Shown in pieces: positions 60,358 through 64,000 of a stretch of DNA of 64,000 nucleotides. The notes beneath the pieces were generated by a model. The model was not told the DNA's origin. It ran no database searches and saw only the letters and a list, made by a program, of their open reading frames with translations. Made by a program: the position numbers and the translations under genes. The stretch comes from an uncultured Muribaculaceae bacterium (GTDB lineage Bacteria > Bacillota_I > Bacilli_A > RF39 > UBA660), in the NCBI GenBank assembly GCA_964513435.1, contig CAZEMQ010000001.1, positions 5,883-69,882 of the forward strand, written 5' to 3'. Each line of letters begins with the position of its first letter. Position 1 is the first letter of the stretch.

Positions 60358-63300
60358 TTATGTTCCAAATGTACCACCTTCTCTCTTAGTTCTAAACATA
60401 TCTGGTTTAATTGCATCTAATACAGGTTTAATCTATTTTAAACCTCCTGATGTTTTAACTATTCCATCCCAGAGATCTTCTTCACCTGTAAGAACTTTTA
60501 TACCTTGGTTAGTCATTCTAGCTCCCCATTCAAAAGAAAAAGGTGTCCATTGTCCAAGTGGTCCACCGATAGATTCTATCGCATTAAAATCCATAAATGA
60601 ATTTTTTACAGCCATTACAGCAATATTTGCAGCAGTAATACCTAGACCAGTAACAACATCTCTATTTTTTATATTATCTTCTTTTAATTCTTTTAACCAA
60701 TCTGCTAATAATGCACCGATTATTGATCCTCCTATCAACCACATTGTTAAATCATAACCAGCCTATTTTATGTTACTTCTGTATGCTCTTCTGAGGTTTT
60801 CATCCTGATTATTCCAAGTAGCATCCCAACCTTGTTTAAAAGATCCAGCATTTTTACTATTTATAACTAATTCCGCAAATGTAGCCATAATTCCTTCTTG
60901 CCAAAGCCCTTTCCACTACATTACAGGAGCTATAGTTTGCATTCCTCTTCTGATTATTTCATCTTCACTTAAAGGAGGTTCATTATAAAGGATATTACCA
61001 CTCTAGTCTACCTGATAGTAATATTTTACAGTTTTTCTTTCTCCTGTATTTCTATCAATTATTGTTTCAGTATAATGTTCCCAGTTTCCTCTAAGACGTA
61101 CACCTCCAGATTGTAAATACTAATTCTTTTTACCAGACCAATATGTTTTAAATTGCAACCACATACTTCCTGCTAATGTAGACATTATTAAGGATCTTTT
61201 TTCGTGAGAATAATATCCATAAATATCATCAGCAAGTGATTTCATACTTTCAGCTTCTTTATTAGTATATGCTCTAGGTAGAGGTTGTGGATTAGACATA
61301 TCTAATTTAAATAAAGTTCCGTCTTTGTTTCTGGTACGCTCTGCTTCAAATTGTTTTGCTACAGCGTAATATAACGATCTCTATTCGTTATACTTGGGAT
61401 CAGATACCCTACCGTTAGCAAATGCCTCAAATCTTTTATCCTTTTTCCAGTCGTATATCAACTCTCCTTTTTCATTTATATGATGCGCATAATAACAGCC
61501 ATCTCCTAACATCTAAGCAATAAAAATAGTCATTCTATTATAATAATCTGGTCTAGAAGCAAATTTAAATAACATATTTGTAAAATTCCAAATACCTTTT
61601 CTAGAAGTACTTATTTTATCCACATAAGTATTCATATCTATGTCATTTAATCCGAATAATTCATTAAATGCAGAACATAAAGTTGGAGTATCTGAAAAGT
61701 GACTTAAATCAGAATAAACTATCTTTAATGCTTTTTTGAAATTATTAAAAGTAAAAGAATCTTTTCCATCGGGTTTTCTAATCATTAAACTTATATCGAC
61801 CCATAATCCTTGTAAAGGCTAATAAATAGCTTGTACTGGAGCAAATGCTAAGGTAGCTTTTGATGCTGCGGATTTAATCAATCCTAGTTTGTTAGCAAGA
61901 CCTTGCAATTTTGGATCTACTATAGATTGATTAAAGATCTTATTTCTAATATAATTATTAATGTATTCCATATCTTTACTGAATACATTGTTCTATATAG
62001 ATCCTTGTGTTGCAAGATGAATCATAGCTGCTTTTATCATAGGAAATACTCCATCTACATTATCTTTTATAGAATATGCAAACAAGTGTTTATATAATAA
62101 TGTTTCTAGATTGTGTTCAAGATTTTCAATACCTAATGACTTAATTTTATCTAATCTTCGAGCTTCATTTTCTCCTCCATCAAATAAATTAGTCATAGTA
62201 AATAATATTTGTGAATCTTGCTAGTCACTAGTCTCAACTTCGGCATTGAAAATTCCCTCTAACTTTTCCCTAGCTTTTTTAAATGCAACAGATGGCATAA
62301 GATACCTTAATTTACCTTTTAATGCAGATAATAATCCTACTGTAGAAACCAATGAATCATCACTACCCCTAGCTAATGGAACTCGATAATATCTTACATC
62401 ATCTGTTTCTTTCATTTTCTAAAGCTCTTCATCTGTCATAAGGGGATACCTATTTTTATTTATCTTATATAGACAATACTCTAAAAATTCTCTTTCAGCT
62501 CCTTGTAACCTATTAGGATTTTTAAACATAAAATCTCCATCAGCTGTTACTTCTGTCATATTTTCATATAATGAAACTTGATTTCCTATCGTCCTTTCTT
62601 CTAACTTACCAAAACTTTTCTATCTTTTTAAGTTTCTTATTAGCCTAGTAATTTCCACTTTTTCTTTTTGCATTTCATCACGTACATTTTGATAAGCCTA
62701 CGTTGTAAGCTAAGTAACTAAATTTAAAGTTTCACTGTTCATGTTTCCTGGATTATCAAAATATGTTCCAGACCAACCATCTTTAAATATCATGATACTT
62801 TCAATCCATTTATCATGGTCAGACAACTACTGTCTAAATTTTATTCCATTAGCTTCAGCGATTGCAAATAAAATTGCATTATGTAAAGAAACTTCTTTGG
62901 AGTTTATTTCTGCTTGATTTGTGTATATTTTGTCTAGATAATTATATCCAGTTCTACTAGTTGTTACAGTGTTAAGTATTGATAATACTTTATTCAAAGC
63001 TGCTATTTTATCAGGAGCACTAGCATCTATATTTTCATCAAGAACTGTTCTACATTCTCTTAAAGATGATAATTTTCGATAACTATCTCTCCATCCATAA
63101 TTATCACCCTCTGTCATTATATGATCGAATAACATTCTACACTATTCGTACATTGTAGCAAATTTGATAGTTCCATCAGAAATCTTATTATTCTAAACTC
63201 TATGGTGTTTGTTTAACTCCGTCCAACAGTATAATAACTATTCATTTGTTACCAATAATCCATCACCAAATTTAGGATTAACTATACGTACATTACCAAC

Positions 63301-64000
63301 TGTATATCCTTCTATACCAGACATCTAATTAATTAGAAGTAATGTTTCCATTAATTCTATGTTCCCATTTACTGCTTCTAACATCATTGAATTAGATCTG
63401 GATTTTTGTGCAACATCGGGTTCATAAGATCCTGTTAATAAAGTTCTATTCTTCAATGGATTATCTTTACTTAGATATTTTCTATAATTAGTTTTTAAGT
63501 TATTAGTACTAACTCTAATAAAATCTATTTGTTTAGGATAAAATCCATCTTTTGTTTTTAATGTTAATATTCCGAATGATTCTAACAGTTCGTTATCTAA
63601 AATTTCCCAAGTTCCATTACAATACGGAGATAAGTTATCACGTAACCAATACATTTCTCTATCAGTAGATCTAAACTTAGGAGAAGGGAAGTCTACACTT
63701 TTTATTCCATTTTTTATAGCTTCGTTTATAGCACGCTTAATATCTGCTGTATATCTAAGTCTATTAGCAGGCTAACTTTGCATAAATTTTGTTACTTTCT
63801 AAACAAACTCAGGTTCTGAATTAGCTGTTATAGGACTACTACCATCAGATAAAGATAATGTGAATATATTATTTTCGTCAGGAGTCAATTTTTTCCACTG
63901 TTTAAGCATTTTAATTACTTCATCTTGTGTAATTTCACGAACAGATGAATAATCAGGAAACCATTCACTCATAATATCTTTAACTTGCTACGTAGCTTCT
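60358..64000 (-). CDS. very large TAG-recoded late/virion protein (partial, continues past the window end; possibly tape-measure or injection protein)
   Basis: One continuous minus-strand frame >1200 codons long. It is broken only by TAG (>20 in-frame, e.g. revcomp CTA at 60433, 60763, 60916, 61003, 61120, 61381, 61513, 61819, 61993, 62221, 62419, 62620, 62698, 62710, 62827). It ends with TAA at 60358-60360. The six minus-strand track ORFs are consecutive segments of it. Confidence 0.55.

Noticed and set aside
60433-63654. Six separate minus-strand ORFs from the track
   Set aside because: They are consecutive segments of one continuous frame, separated only by TAG codons. Separate genes would need their own starts and signals, and none is evident.

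Overview
This window is an AT-rich (~30% GC) segment of a large tailed-phage genome. A ~58 kb co-directional plus-strand block (1..58574) carries early, replication, recombination and nucleotide-metabolism genes. These include DnaB-like helicase, primase, family-B DNA polymerase, SSB, a Sak4-like ATPase, NrdD/NrdG, ThyX, dUTPase, ligase, RNase H and a sigma-70 factor. A convergent minus-strand block (58670..64000) follows. Anaerobic RNR, a Bacteroidota-type signal peptide on an OmpA-like protein and the TAG recoding suggest a phage of an anaerobic Gram-negative, probably Bacteroidota, host.

Main points:
1. TAG is an in-frame sense codon in a subset of genes and is most likely read as Gln. Standard ORF calling fragments these genes. 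Almost every gene I checked terminates with TAA or TGA. No CUA suppressor tRNA lies in the window.
2. The phage encodes a tmRNA (ssrA) whose T-loop is interrupted by a group I intron with recognisable P, Q, R and S elements.
3. The genome is unusually rich in intervening sequences and homing endonucleases. An SF2 helicase is split by an HNH-containing intron. A Sak4-like ATPase is split by two paralogous group I introns, one carrying a LAGLIDADG gene. The family-B DNA polymerase is split twice, once by a textbook group I intron. NrdD is in three pieces. The intron HNH and LAGLIDADG endonuclease genes are themselves TAG-recoded.
4. An ori-like control region (1673..2570) carries iterons, duplicated promoter modules, a 27-bp palindrome and a GTTCA site array. 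It sits next to a divergent tandem winged-helix protein.
5. Two tRNAs are present, Arg-UCU and Leu-UAA.
6. A GC-richer island (53.7-54.7 kb) encodes a hexapeptide-repeat protein.

No CRISPR array or transposon was seen. All coordinates are approximate, within a few nt, where derived by hand.
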